Of a stretch of 47,372 nt of DNA, positions 1 through 9,044 are shown piece after piece (the first letter of the stretch is position 1; each line of letters begins with the position of its first letter). The stretch is from Bdellovibrionales bacterium. GTDB lineage: Bacteria > Bdellovibrionota > Bdellovibrionia > Bdellovibrionales > UBA1609. The translations under genes were made by a program, and so were the position numbers. The stretch is from positions 1 to 47,372 of the forward strand of contig JALHOQ010000004.1 of NCBI GenBank assembly GCA_022842925.1, read 5' to 3'. The notes beneath the pieces were generated by a model that worked only from the letters and a program-made list of their open reading frames with translations, was not told where the DNA came from and searched no databases.

Positions 1-396
1 GTCATACTTTTCCGGTGACCCTTCCAATTGGAATTGGCATGGCTTTCCATTTGTCACCACTGGTCGGCAGTCATCCAAATAGAATGCATGGGCGGCCGTA
101 GTAATGACGTCATTGCCTCCTGATAGCTGAGCTGTGTATCTCTCACCGGCGCAGTCGAATGATCCTACGCCTGAAAAATCACGTTCAAGCTGAGAAGGAG
201 AAAATCCCTCCTTCTTGGCATAGGTAGGTATAGAGCTTCGATCGTCACGTCCCAAAAGAGGAATTTTATGAATTAAAGCTCCCTGCGATTCAGAGCCAAG
301 GTTTCCAGTTGGACACTTAACAAGTGGAAGTGCATTGGACTGCACCAGTGGCAACACGGTGAACAGTAATAAAAACGATAATTTACAAGCCCACAT
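1..396 (-). CDS. Secreted trypsin-like (clan PA) serine protease, 5' part; runs off the window edge
   Basis: Not in the ORF track. Manual translation from ATG 396 (AGAGGA RBS upstream) gives MWACKLSFLLLFTVLPLVQSNA...LLGRDDR...NDVITTAAHAFY, open to base 1. Signal peptide plus TAAH catalytic-His motif. Confidence 0.75.
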   Translation of the reverse strand, partial: MWACKLSFLLLFTVLPLVQSNALPLVKCPTGNLGSESQGALIHKIPLLGRDDRSSIPTYAKKEGFSPSQLERDFSGVGSFDCAGERYTAQLSGGNDVITTAAHAFYLDDCRPVVTNGKPCQFQLEGSPEKYD

Positions 397-516
397 ATGG
401 TCCTCTTCGGCGATTCTTTCCTGCGCCCGTAATCCAATTCTACTTCCGACGTCTCATTATGAGAAATCTGCCGTATCCAAGGGCGTTTAAATCGCAAAAC
501 GTTTATAATTTAGCTG

Positions 517-2370
517 GTGAACCCCGTCCAGTTATTCATTCCCATTTTGGCATTAGTTCTCAATTGGCATGGCGTTGTCCAGGCCGGGGAGTGCGACGGA
601 CTTTCCGAGGGGACTTTAGCGCACGCTCAGTGCACTGCATGTAAGAACGGAAATCAGTCTACTGAGTGCCTTCACGCCGTAGATTCATGGTGTAACTCTT
701 TGGGCGGAATGATGTGCTCCAATGCAAGCTGCCAACACATGTCTGCATGCAAGGTGCCGGACGTAAACTGTACAAAAGTCGCCGGGGGAGCTTCCGACTA
801 CTGGTCGTTCGTAAATCAATGCGACGCCTGCGAAAACAAAAAAACCGGTCAGAGCGTGAACACGGTCTCTTGTGCTGACGGTGCGAAGAATTGGTGCTCA
901 AGCAATTGCGAGGATCCGATGTGCGCAACAATGGCTGAATGTGGTGGCGACGGAATAAAAGCCCTTCTGGGTACACCTCTTCCTGTTGAAGGAGAGCGGT
1001 GCCAGCCCGGCCAAACAACCAAAAAAGACGGCACCCCGTGTCCCCGGCCCGGGAATGAAGCGCTGATGCTGATGGGCAATACCAAAAATGCCGGTCAAGC
1101 GAACGCGGCGGCTCAGGCTTGTGAGGCTCTTAAGAATAAAGCCCAGCAGGAATGTCGGGCTGCGGGTGGTTTAAATACGTCGAGTGAACAAGCCAGCCTG
1201 AATGCGATGTGCGAGGCTTATCGCAACGGAAATCTCGAAAACTTCCGACGGCAGCTTCAGTTCGGAGACCGCTGTGGCGTCTCGTACATGGAGTGCAAAA
1301 ACCGGTGTATAGAAGGTGCGGGGGAGTTTGGCCAGTTTCTTCAGCAGTCTTCGCAAATGAGATCTGCGGCGCAGACCTGTCAGAGTTTTTCCGGTGCGGT
1401 GTCCAAATCGGGCAGCTCGGGACTTGCTTCCCTCAGTCAGGCCGAGGTCGGGCGCAAGTGCGATGAACAATCAGCAAGCAGGACTCGTCCTCAAAACGCT
1501 CCGGGTACCACGCCCGGTCCAGCTGCGGGCCCCTCACCCGGCCCGAGTTCAAATCCAGGTACGCAGCAGCCCGCGCCGGGCAACTCCAACCCCACCGGTG
1601 GCGACCAGGCCAGAAAAGCGAACTCTGACAACGGCGGCGGCGGAGGCGGCGGGATGCCCTCACTCCCAAGCCCGCAGAGTTCTTCGCCCTATAATTCAAA
1701 TGCCGCCTACGGCAATGGCGCGGGTTTTAGCAACTGCACGATGGATCCGAGTGCCCCAGGTTGCCAAGCTCAGCAGCCCAAGGAGCAGGTCGCGGAGTCG
1801 GGTCAACAAGGCGGATTTAGGGATGCGGACGAGCGCACCAACGAGAAGAATTTCAATGTAGGCGACACCGGCGGCTTGAACCGCGCCGGTTACAACGGCA
1901 ACGGCGAAGGCGGAGCCCCGAATATTCCCGGAGGCGGCGGACGAGGCGGCGCGGGTGGAGTGCCCAACAACACCGGCGGTGGAATTCCCGGCTCAGACGG
2001 CGGACCAGGCGCCCGCATTCAACCCCAAGCCCGCGGCTATGCCCCCCAGGGCGGCGCGAGCACGGACATTATGCAAGGATTCCAAGGCGGCGGTGGCTAT
2101 AATTACGGTGGAGGCGGCAGCGGCTTCGATGAAGATCGCAGGCGCCAACCCCAAGGCGCCAATCGCGCCCAAGCCCGCGGCCCCGCCAGCCAAGGCATGG
2201 ATCTGCGCCAATACCTTCCCGGCGGCACCATGGACCCCGGCCGCCGCGCCGGCGGCTTTCGCCCCAACGCGCGCATGGACATCAACGCCGCTCACGTCAA
2301 CATCTGGCTCAAAGTAGGCGACCGCCTCCGCGAAAAATGCCGCCTCGGCCTCCTCATCGACTGCCGTTAA
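517..2370 (+). CDS. Secreted Cys-rich / Gly-rich low-complexity protein, 617 aa
   Basis: Signal peptide ending VQA, Cys-rich N-terminal half with an internal repeat, Pro/Gly/Gln-rich linker, ordered C-terminus (MDLRQYLPGG...NIWLKVGDRLREKC). Confidence 0.85.
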   Translation: MNPVQLFIPILALVLNWHGVVQAGECDGLSEGTLAHAQCTACKNGNQSTECLHAVDSWCNSLGGMMCSNASCQHMSACKVPDVNCTKVAGGASDYWSFVNQCDACENKKTGQSVNTVSCADGAKNWCSSNCEDPMCATMAECGGDGIKALLGTPLPVEGERCQPGQTTKKDGTPCPRPGNEALMLMGNTKNAGQANAAAQACEALKNKAQQECRAAGGLNTSSEQASLNAMCEAYRNGNLENFRRQLQFGDRCGVSYMECKNRCIEGAGEFGQFLQQSSQMRSAAQTCQSFSGAVSKSGSSGLASLSQAEVGRKCDEQSASRTRPQNAPGTTPGPAAGPSPGPSSNPGTQQPAPGNSNPTGGDQARKANSDNGGGGGGGMPSLPSPQSSSPYNSNAAYGNGAGFSNCTMDPSAPGCQAQQPKEQVAESGQQGGFRDADERTNEKNFNVGDTGGLNRAGYNGNGEGGAPNIPGGGGRGGAGGVPNNTGGGIPGSDGGPGARIQPQARGYAPQGGASTDIMQGFQGGGGYNYGGGGSGFDEDRRRQPQGANRAQARGPASQGMDLRQYLPGGTMDPGRRAGGFRPNARMDINAAHVNIWLKVGDRLREKCRLGLLIDCR

Positions 2371-2506
2371 TTTTGCGGCCAGTTTGCTGACCCAATGCTC
2401 TCCTGGTGGGCAAATTCGCCAGGGGTGTGAGGTCGCGAGAGGCGAGGGAAATCCAGCTTAGGGTTTACCCTGTAAAACTCGTGAGGTGAGTGGAGGCGAG
2501 AGTGAG

Positions 2507-2541
2507 GGCGCCCGAGCCAAACAAGAAAAGCTCGGGTCGCC
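2507..2541. terminator. Hairpin between convergent genes, probable terminator
   Basis: GGCG-CCCGAGC ... GCTCGGG-T-CGCC inverted repeat about 20 nt past the stop of the 2563-2898 gene; no clear U-tract. Confidence 0.35.
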
Positions 2542-2562
2542 GGTCAGCGAGAGAATAAAAGC

Positions 2563-2898
2563 TTACTCGGACTTTTCGGTCTTTTTGTCTTTGCCGCGAC
2601 CCTTGTCCATCATGCCCTTGCCTTTGGGGCCGCCGTGCGGGTGCATCATAGCCATCATCGGGCACTTGCCCTCTTTGGCCATCGGACAGCTGTCCATCAT
2701 TTCTTTATGGCAATCGGCCATGGCTTTTTCGGAGCCTAAACACGTCGCCATTTGGGTGTGCATGGTCGCCATTTGGGCGCGTTCTTCTTTAGTCGGCTCC
2801 TTCATCATTCCGCCATGACCTTTGCCATGATGGTCGCCGTGAGCAAAGGCCAACGGGCTTAAAAACGAAAATACGATTGCAGCGATAACAGTGCGCAT
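2563..2898 (-). CDS. Small secreted His/Met/Cys-rich protein, possible metal or haem binder
   Basis: ATG 2898 with GGAGG RBS; signal peptide ending AFA; HGDHHGKGHGGMM, four Cys, two CPM motifs. Confidence 0.8.
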   Translation of the reverse strand: MRTVIAAIVFSFLSPLAFAHGDHHGKGHGGMMKEPTKEERAQMATMHTQMATCLGSEKAMADCHKEMMDSCPMAKEGKCPMMAMMHPHGGPKGKGMMDKGRGKDKKTEKSE

Positions 2899-2966
2899 GA
2901 ATTCCTCCGTGTTAGATTGGTTATTGTGAGAGCAAAACTCGGAGGGTGGCAAGAGCTATCTCAGGA

Positions 2967-3773
2967 CTACCAGCCCTTCACATTGGTGAAGATGTACTCG
3001 GCGATTTTTTGACCTTCCAGGAATAATAATAATTTCTTGGGATACCCCGTGGCGGGGTCGATTTCGCTCTCAAACGGCAGGAAAAACTTCGGCACCCGGA
3101 TTTCGACATCACCAGGGTGCTTAAACAACGACTCCAACGTGGGAAACCGATCGGCGTTCGCGGCCCGAATATGATAGGCGAACGTACCGTACTTCTCCTC
3201 TAAATCTTGAATCCGGTCGCCGCGCTTCAATGTCACGGTCGCGTATTCAATTCGCGGTGGAATATGCGTAACAAAACAATTGTCCCCACCCTTAAGACCA
3301 CCGTCAGCGGCCTTACGAAGAACGGGCATGTGATGCCGCAAGATCGTCGCCATATGACGGTACCCCGCCCGGTTCAGGGTAAAGATCTCGCCCTTCAAAG
3401 TGTCCTCGCTAATCAGCGGCACCGAATGGCCCATCAAGGCCCGCGCCGCCTTGTTTTTAAGCGCTCCTAAAAAAGTTGGCTCGCCCCAAACGATTTTCAG
3501 CATGTCGCTGCCGTCGTAGATCAGCTCCATACCGTTGTTCTTAATGCCAGAGGACCCGTCGGCCACGAATTTGTATTTGATGACCTGACCTTCGGTCCAA
3601 AGCTCGATAGGCTCGTCGAGCCATTTGCCGTCTGATAACTCCTTCTTCTGCAAGTGAAGCGAGTACCCTTTAGTTCCAGCCATCTTAGACAGGAACTTTT
3701 CCGCACAAGCCAAAGCCTTTGGATCCGTTTGTGCGAAGGAGATTTGTAAAAGAGCCGTTAACCACAGAATCAT
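2967..3773 (-). CDS. Secreted protein resembling DUF1571 (LolA-like) with a LysM-like insertion
   Basis: Likely start ATG 3773 with signal peptide MILWLTALLQISFA; LysM-like segment TVTLKRGDRIQDLEEKYGTFAYHIRAAN; C-terminal IDPATGYPK...AEYIFTNV. Family assigned by pattern recognition only. Confidence 0.55.
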   Translation of the reverse strand: MILWLTALLQISFAQTDPKALACAEKFLSKMAGTKGYSLHLQKKELSDGKWLDEPIELWTEGQVIKYKFVADGSSGIKNNGMELIYDGSDMLKIVWGEPTFLGALKNKAARALMGHSVPLISEDTLKGEIFTLNRAGYRHMATILRHHMPVLRKAADGGLKGGDNCFVTHIPPRIEYATVTLKRGDRIQDLEEKYGTFAYHIRAANADRFPTLESLFKHPGDVEIRVPKFFLPFESEIDPATGYPKKLLLFLEGQKIAEYIFTNVKGW

Positions 3774-3841
3774 GCGTTGATCATTTCCGTTTGCCTCAAT
3801 GTGAGACACCCCGCAGCCAACAACTGATAACTGATCTCATC

Positions 3842-3857
3842 TGACAAAGCTGTGACA
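3842..3857 (+). promoter_or_regulatory. TGACA-N6-TGACA direct repeat, HemR-type OmpR-family operator
   Basis: TGACA-AAGCTG-TGACA with 11-bp periodicity, 40 nt upstream of the probable hemA ATG; matches the motif described for Leptospira HemR. Confidence 0.8.
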
Positions 3858-3896
3858 AACGAGAGGCTCTCACACGTTAATTTTGATTATACATAT

Positions 3897-4742
3897 ATGC
3901 TTAAAGATTTTCAGGTAATTCATAGGCGCAAGCCGGAGTCTTTTCAGGCGGCAAACCCGTTTATTTGGGAGACGTGCCTGCGTTCAATTTCGTTTACAGC
4001 CGATCCCCGCCATGTCGACTTGCGCGACGGTGACGAGCTTTTTATCAATCATCACGCCTTCCAGTTTATTCTCGAAATCATCTGCGGACTGCATTCGCCC
4101 ATCGTCGGCGAAACCGAAGTATTTGGCCAATTCAAAACCTTCGCTAAAGAATGGCAGCGCCAGGAACCGCGGCGTGCGGCCTTGATTCAGCGGTTTTTTA
4201 CCGATGCTAAAGACCTGCGTTCGCGATACCTCTGCGGAATGGGAACGCAGAGCTACGGCGGCTGGCTGAAGCGCAATGTGCGCGGCGGTGGTGAAGTGCA
4301 TATTGTGGGCGGGGGACAACTCGCCCTCGAAATCGCACCCCACCTGCAAAAGGCCGCGGACCGATTGACCTTGCATGTGCGAAGCCCACAAAAAATTCAA
4401 GCCAAGGGCTCCGTGGTAAACGCGCTCAGCGACAAAGCCTTTACCGCCGGCTCCTCGCTGATTATTGCCGCCCCGATCCAGGCCGCCGATGTGCACTCTT
4501 GGCTGGATGGCCGCTCGCCGCTCGAGATTTTCGATCTTCGCGCGGAATCTAAACACGACCCGCTGACCGTAAAATGTGAGCGCATTCAGGCGCTCGGCGA
4601 TATTTTTGCCGACATTGAGCAAACTAAAGCCCGACTCCTCCCAATCATTGGTCAGGTCAAAAGCGAAATCGCGGCCCGGGGTGAACGCCTCGCCAGCGAG
4701 GTCGTGGTGCGGCCGCAAGGTTGGGATGATATATGCGCCTGA
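3897..4742 (+). CDS. hemA: Glutamyl-tRNA reductase, short form
   Basis: ETCLR catalytic Cys motif, GLHSPIVGETEVFGQFK signature, GGGQLA nucleotide-binding loop. ATG 3897 preferred to GTG 3852, which lies inside the operator. Confidence 0.88.
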   Translation: MLKDFQVIHRRKPESFQAANPFIWETCLRSISFTADPRHVDLRDGDELFINHHAFQFILEIICGLHSPIVGETEVFGQFKTFAKEWQRQEPRRAALIQRFFTDAKDLRSRYLCGMGTQSYGGWLKRNVRGGGEVHIVGGGQLALEIAPHLQKAADRLTLHVRSPQKIQAKGSVVNALSDKAFTAGSSLIIAAPIQAADVHSWLDGRSPLEIFDLRAESKHDPLTVKCERIQALGDIFADIEQTKARLLPIIGQVKSEIAARGERLASEVVVRPQGWDDICA

Positions 4743-6217
4743 AAGTCGCCTCTCGCAAAAGTGATCTCGCCCGCTGGCAAGCCGTGCAAGTCGCCCGCGC
4801 GCTAGAGAAGCACGAACAAAATCCGAGCGCAGAGTTTATTTTTAAAGAATCCCTCGGCGATCAGAATCTCGATCTGCCTTTGGCTAGCATGGGCTCAAAG
4901 GGCGTGTTCACCGAGGACTTCTACGAAGACCTCATCGGTGGGCGCTGTGACCTGGTCGTTCACTCGTGGAAAGACCTGCCAGTTGAACCGCGCCATGAAA
5001 CCGCCATTGTGATGACGCTGCCGCGGGCGGATGTGCGCGATCTTATGCTGGTGCCTGAGGAAGTTTGGCAAGAAGCATGCGCGAATAAGACTCTGAAAAT
5101 CCTCACCAGCTCTCCACGCCGGTTGTATAACCTCTCTCAAATCTTGCCATCTCTTCTGCCTGGCGATGTGAAACTCGAGTTTGTCACCGTTCGCGGCAAT
5201 GTGCCGACCCGTTTACGAAAAATGCATGAACAGAAGGCGGCCTTGATTCTGGCTAAGGCGGGGCTCGACCGCCTGCTCCAGGCGGAAAAAGAAGGTTTTT
5301 TTGAAACCAAGATTTCAGCCTTGATACAGGGCTGTCGCTTTCAAGTGTTCCCCATTAGCGTGAATCCGCCGGCACCGGCCCAAGGGGCCCTGGCCGTCGA
5401 AGTCGCGAAAACCAACGAGACCACTCGCGAAATCTGCGCCGCTCTGAACCACAAGACCACATTTCAATGTGCTGAAGCGGAGCGCGAAATTCTACATCGC
5501 TATGGCGGCGGCTGCCATCAAAAGATCGGCGTCGCTGTTCTCGAAATGGATTACGGCCGGGTTTTGTCGCTAAGGGGCGAAACGGATGCAGGCGAGATCT
5601 TAAATGAATGGAAAGTCGAAAATCCGACCGAGTGGACACGGGCCAAACACGGAGAAAACGTATTTCCTCTTCAGCCCAAGGACAATAGCTGGTTCGAGCG
5701 CCGCTCGCTCGAGCTTAGCGCCGACCTCAGCAGCCGAACCGGATTGATGGTCGCGCGCGCCGATGCCTGGCCCGCGGGTTATAAGCCGAGCGACGGGCAA
5801 ACCGTATGGACCGCGGGAGTGAAATCCTGGCAGAAGCTCGCTGCAGCCGGGATCTGGGTCAGCGGTTGCGCCGATGGCTTAGGTGAAGATGAAGATCCGG
5901 GCCTGCATTGGCTCAACGAATCCATCCAGTGGAGCAAGCTCACCCACAAACAGGCTGCCGGCCCCCGAGATATTGCCACATACGAGCTTCAAGCCAAAGC
6001 CGATGCGCCTGACCTGAATGAAAAAACCCATTTTTTTTGGATGAGCGGTTCGAGCTTTGATCGTGCGCGGCAGCTGTACCCCGACGTGATCCAAAATGGT
6101 CGGCACGCTTGCGGTCCAGGGAACACTTATAAACACCTGAAGGGCATTTCGGGCCTGAAACATCCAGTCAAAATCTTTATCAGCCTCGAGCAGTTTCTGG
6201 CCGAAACTCTTCCTTGA
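4733..6217 (+). CDS. hemC: Hydroxymethylbilane synthase with a C-terminal HemD-like extension (probable HemC/D fusion)
   Basis: SRKSDLARWQA, KGVFT, VHSWKDLP, TSSPRR, VRGNVPTRL and cofactor Cys in GGGCH; about 190 extra C-terminal residues. Confidence 0.92.
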   Translation: MRLKVASRKSDLARWQAVQVARALEKHEQNPSAEFIFKESLGDQNLDLPLASMGSKGVFTEDFYEDLIGGRCDLVVHSWKDLPVEPRHETAIVMTLPRADVRDLMLVPEEVWQEACANKTLKILTSSPRRLYNLSQILPSLLPGDVKLEFVTVRGNVPTRLRKMHEQKAALILAKAGLDRLLQAEKEGFFETKISALIQGCRFQVFPISVNPPAPAQGALAVEVAKTNETTREICAALNHKTTFQCAEAEREILHRYGGGCHQKIGVAVLEMDYGRVLSLRGETDAGEILNEWKVENPTEWTRAKHGENVFPLQPKDNSWFERRSLELSADLSSRTGLMVARADAWPAGYKPSDGQTVWTAGVKSWQKLAAAGIWVSGCADGLGEDEDPGLHWLNESIQWSKLTHKQAAGPRDIATYELQAKADAPDLNEKTHFFWMSGSSFDRARQLYPDVIQNGRHACGPGNTYKHLKGISGLKHPVKIFISLEQFLAETLP

Positions 6218-6232
6218 TAGGAGAGCGAAACC

Positions 6233-7525
6233 GTGAAAGAAAATCCCTCTATGAATTCACAGCAATTATTTGATCGTTCGCTCAAAGTGGCGCCCGGTGG
6301 GGTGCATTCTCCCGTTCGCGCGTTTCGCAGTGTGGGCGGAACGCCGGTGTTCTTCGCCCGCGGTGAGGGCGCCTTCCTCTACTCGGTAGAAGGAGATCGC
6401 TATATCGACTTCTGCCAAAGTTTTGGCCCCAATATTCTCGGTCATCGCGATCCTGATGTGGAGCGCGTGTTACGTGAGACGGTGGAGCTCGGCTGGTGTT
6501 TTGGTACCTGCGAGCCTTATTCGCTAGAACTAGCCGAACTGATTCAGAGTACCGTTCCGTGTGCGGAGCGCGTGCGCTTTGTCTGCTCCGGCACCGAAGC
6601 GGTGATGAGCGCCCTGCGGGTCGCGCGTGCGGCAACGGGCCGGGCCAAGATTTTGAAATTTGAAGGCTGTTATCATGGCCACGCCGATTCGTTACTCGTG
6701 AAAGCGGGAAGCGGTTTGGCCGGCCCCTCGGCTAGCGACAGCGCCGGCGTACCTGAGTTTATCGCTCAGCAAACGCTGGTCTGCCCACTGGATGACGAGA
6801 GTGCTTTTGATCAGGTTATGCAGAAGCACGGCGCCGAGATCGCGGCCGTCATTGTTGAGCCCATGCCGGCCAACTACGGTTTGCTTATGCAGCGGCAAGA
6901 GTGGCTCGAGGCCGTGGTCGCGGGCGCGCGCAAAGCAGGCGCACTGGTGATTTTTGACGAAGTGATATCAGGATTTCGAGTCGCCTGGGGTGGTATGGCC
7001 GAGCGCTCGGGCTTAAAGCCGGACCTAGTAACTTACGGAAAAGTGATCGGCGGCGGACTCGCCGTCGGCGCTTACTGTGGGCGCGCGGATTTGATGAACA
7101 TGGTGGCGCCCGCAGGCAAGGTTTACCAAGCCGGCACGTTGAGCGCCAACCCCCTCGCGATGCGGACAGGCACCGCGACTTTAAATAAAATTCGCTCGAG
7201 TGGCGCCTACGAAGTGCTGGAGCGCCGGACCAAGCGCTTCGTTGAGGAGCTCAACGCGATCTTGAAACCCGTTGAGTTCGGGGCCACGCAGATGGCCTCC
7301 ATCTTCTGGATTCACCCCCAAACTCAAAAACCGATCCGCAGCCTTACCGATCTGCCAGAGGGAATGGGCCAACGCTTTGGTTCGCTTTTCCACACTCTGC
7401 TAAGCAAAAAAATTTACCTCGCGCCGAGCGGCTACGAGGTCGGGTTCGTTTCTCTCGCCCATACCGACGCGATTCTGGATGAAGCTCTCGGGCTGATTCG
7501 TGAGGCGGTGAGTGAACTCCGCTAA
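6233..7525 (+). CDS. hemL: Glutamate-1-semialdehyde 2,1-aminomutase
   Basis: [38 protein letters not shown] (PLP Lys), [10 protein letters not shown]. Confidence 0.97.
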   Translation: MKENPSMNSQQLFDRSLKVAPGGVHSPVRAFRSVGGTPVFFARGEGAFLYSVEGDRYIDFCQSFGPNILGHRDPDVERVLRETVELGWCFGTCEPYSLELAELIQSTVPCAERVRFVCSGTEAVMSALRVARAATGRAKILKFEGCYHGHADSLLVKAGSGLAGPSASDSAGVPEFIAQQTLVCPLDDESAFDQVMQKHGAEIAAVIVEPMPANYGLLMQRQEWLEAVVAGARKAGALVIFDEVISGFRVAWGGMAERSGLKPDLVTYGKVIGGGLAVGAYCGRADLMNMVAPAGKVYQAGTLSANPLAMRTGTATLNKIRSSGAYEVLERRTKRFVEELNAILKPVEFGATQMASIFWIHPQTQKPIRSLTDLPEGMGQRFGSLFHTLLSKKIYLAPSGYEVGFVSLAHTDAILDEALGLIREAVSELR

Positions 7526-8393
7526 CCGTCGCGAGACCATCCGCCTTATTTTGATTATTTGTTGGCTAGTCTTTACGGTTTCCTTCGCTATTTGGTGGTT
7601 CACGCTTACGACTGGATATATTTCGCTTCTTCAGGAACTGCAGCCGGATCAGGGTGAACATTGGCTTCGGCAAAAGCGCATGATTTTTTGGGAGGGCTCG
7701 GCGTGGATCGTGCTTCTCGCTCTCGGCGGCGGCGCGCTGGTGGCACTCGTGCAAAAAGAAAAGTCGCGGGTGAAGCGAATCAAGGAATTCTTCGCCAGCT
7801 TTTCGCATGAAATAAAAACTTCGCTGGCGTCCCTACGCTTGCAGGCCGAAGCCTTAAAAGATGAGTCGACTTCGGAATCGCCGATTCTGGATCGCCTTAT
7901 CGGGGATACTGTGCGCTTGCAGGTGCATCTGGAAAACTCGTTGTTCTTCGCCTCCCAAGATAATCTAAAGCTTTTTATGGAGCCGGTGCAACTGAGCGGC
8001 GTGGTCGAGCGCATGCGTGAACAGTGGCCGAGTTTGAAAATTGAATTGAACCAGGACGTGGTCGTAACGGCGGACGATCGGGCGTTGCGCACGATTCTCA
8101 GCAATCTTCTACAGAATGCGCTGGTTCACGGTCATGCGAGCCAGGTGCAGATTGAGGTCGAGCAGACAGACAACGGTCGAGTTGAACTCTCCATTACTGA
8201 CGACGGCGTGGGCTTTAAGGGTGATGCCGAGGAGTTGGGCCGTCTCTTTCACCGTCCCACTTCCACCAGCGGTAGCGGACTCGGACTTTATATTTGCAAA
8301 ATCCTCATGAGCCGCATGGGCGGTGAGTTTGTCAGCGAGCCCTCCGCTCAGGGATTTAAAGTCGCTTTGGCTTTGCCAGGAGATGGCTCGTGA
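7512..8393 (+). CDS. Membrane sensor histidine kinase (Leptospira HemK/Hklep-like position)
   Basis: Two TM helices with a short loop; H-box SHEIKTSL, N-box NLLQNA, DDGVG and GSGLGL. Confidence 0.93.
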   Translation: MNSANRRETIRLILIICWLVFTVSFAIWWFTLTTGYISLLQELQPDQGEHWLRQKRMIFWEGSAWIVLLALGGGALVALVQKEKSRVKRIKEFFASFSHEIKTSLASLRLQAEALKDESTSESPILDRLIGDTVRLQVHLENSLFFASQDNLKLFMEPVQLSGVVERMREQWPSLKIELNQDVVVTADDRALRTILSNLLQNALVHGHASQVQIEVEQTDNGRVELSITDDGVGFKGDAEELGRLFHRPTSTSGSGLGLYICKILMSRMGGEFVSEPSAQGFKVALALPGDGS

Positions 8394-9040
8394 CAAAGAT
8401 TCTCTTGATCGAGGATGACTCGTCACTGGGCGCCACCTTGCGCGATCGTTTGCAAAAAGAAGGTTACGAAGTGGTATGGACCCGAACGGTAAAAGCCTCG
8501 AAGGAAGCCGTGGATAAGAGTGAATTTGATCTCTACCTGTTTGACGTAGGCCTGCCCGACGGAGACGGCTTTGAGTTGGCGCAAGCGTTGCCAAAAAAGC
8601 CGTTTATCTTTTTGACCGCGCAAGGAGATGCGGAGTCGCGACTTAAGGGTTACGATCTGGGCGCGGAAGAGTACATTCCGAAACCCTTTCATCTGCGCGA
8701 AGTCCTGCTCCGCATCCGGCACGTCCTCGACAATCATATGCCGGTGCCGGGACTGGAAATCGGAGAGATCAAAGTCAATTTTGATTCTTTTGAATTTTAT
8801 CGCGACGGCGCAAAAGAGCCGATCGCGGTGAAAGACCTCTTGTTACTGAAACTGCTCGTGACGAAAAGCCCGAATGCCGTCACGCGCGACGAAGCTCTTG
8901 GCTGCATTCGGGGTGATGATAAATTTCCCAGCAATCGCACGGTCGACAATGCGATTCTGCGCCTGCGCTCCGCCTTAGGCGACGCAGGTCCGCGGATCGA
9001 GTCCGTGCGGGGAGTGGGTTACCGATGGCGAAAGGATTAA
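8390..9040 (+). CDS. OmpR/PhoB-family response regulator (HemR-like)
   Basis: IEDD, FDVGLPDGDG (phospho-Asp), FLTA, KPF, winged helix RTVDNAILRLR...VRGVGY. Confidence 0.95.
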   Translation: MTKILLIEDDSSLGATLRDRLQKEGYEVVWTRTVKASKEAVDKSEFDLYLFDVGLPDGDGFELAQALPKKPFIFLTAQGDAESRLKGYDLGAEEYIPKPFHLREVLLRIRHVLDNHMPVPGLEIGEIKVNFDSFEFYRDGAKEPIAVKDLLLLKLLVTKSPNAVTRDEALGCIRGDDKFPSNRTVDNAILRLRSALGDAGPRIESVRGVGYRWRKD

Positions 9041-9044
9041 TACC

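Noticed and set aside
1860-2370. GC-rich GGC-repeat tract as foreign DNA or a repeat array
   Set aside because: Explained by Gly/Pro/Arg codons of a low-complexity protein region.
3852-3896. hemA start at GTG 3852 as given in the ORF track
   Set aside because: It lies inside the TGACA operator and adds a non-homologous extension; ATG 3897 fits better.
3984-4718. Long antisense ORFs (this one, and 33715-34296, 35286-35927, 39368-39988, 46579-47244)
   Set aside because: They are shadows of well-supported genes on the opposite strand and carry no motifs of their own.
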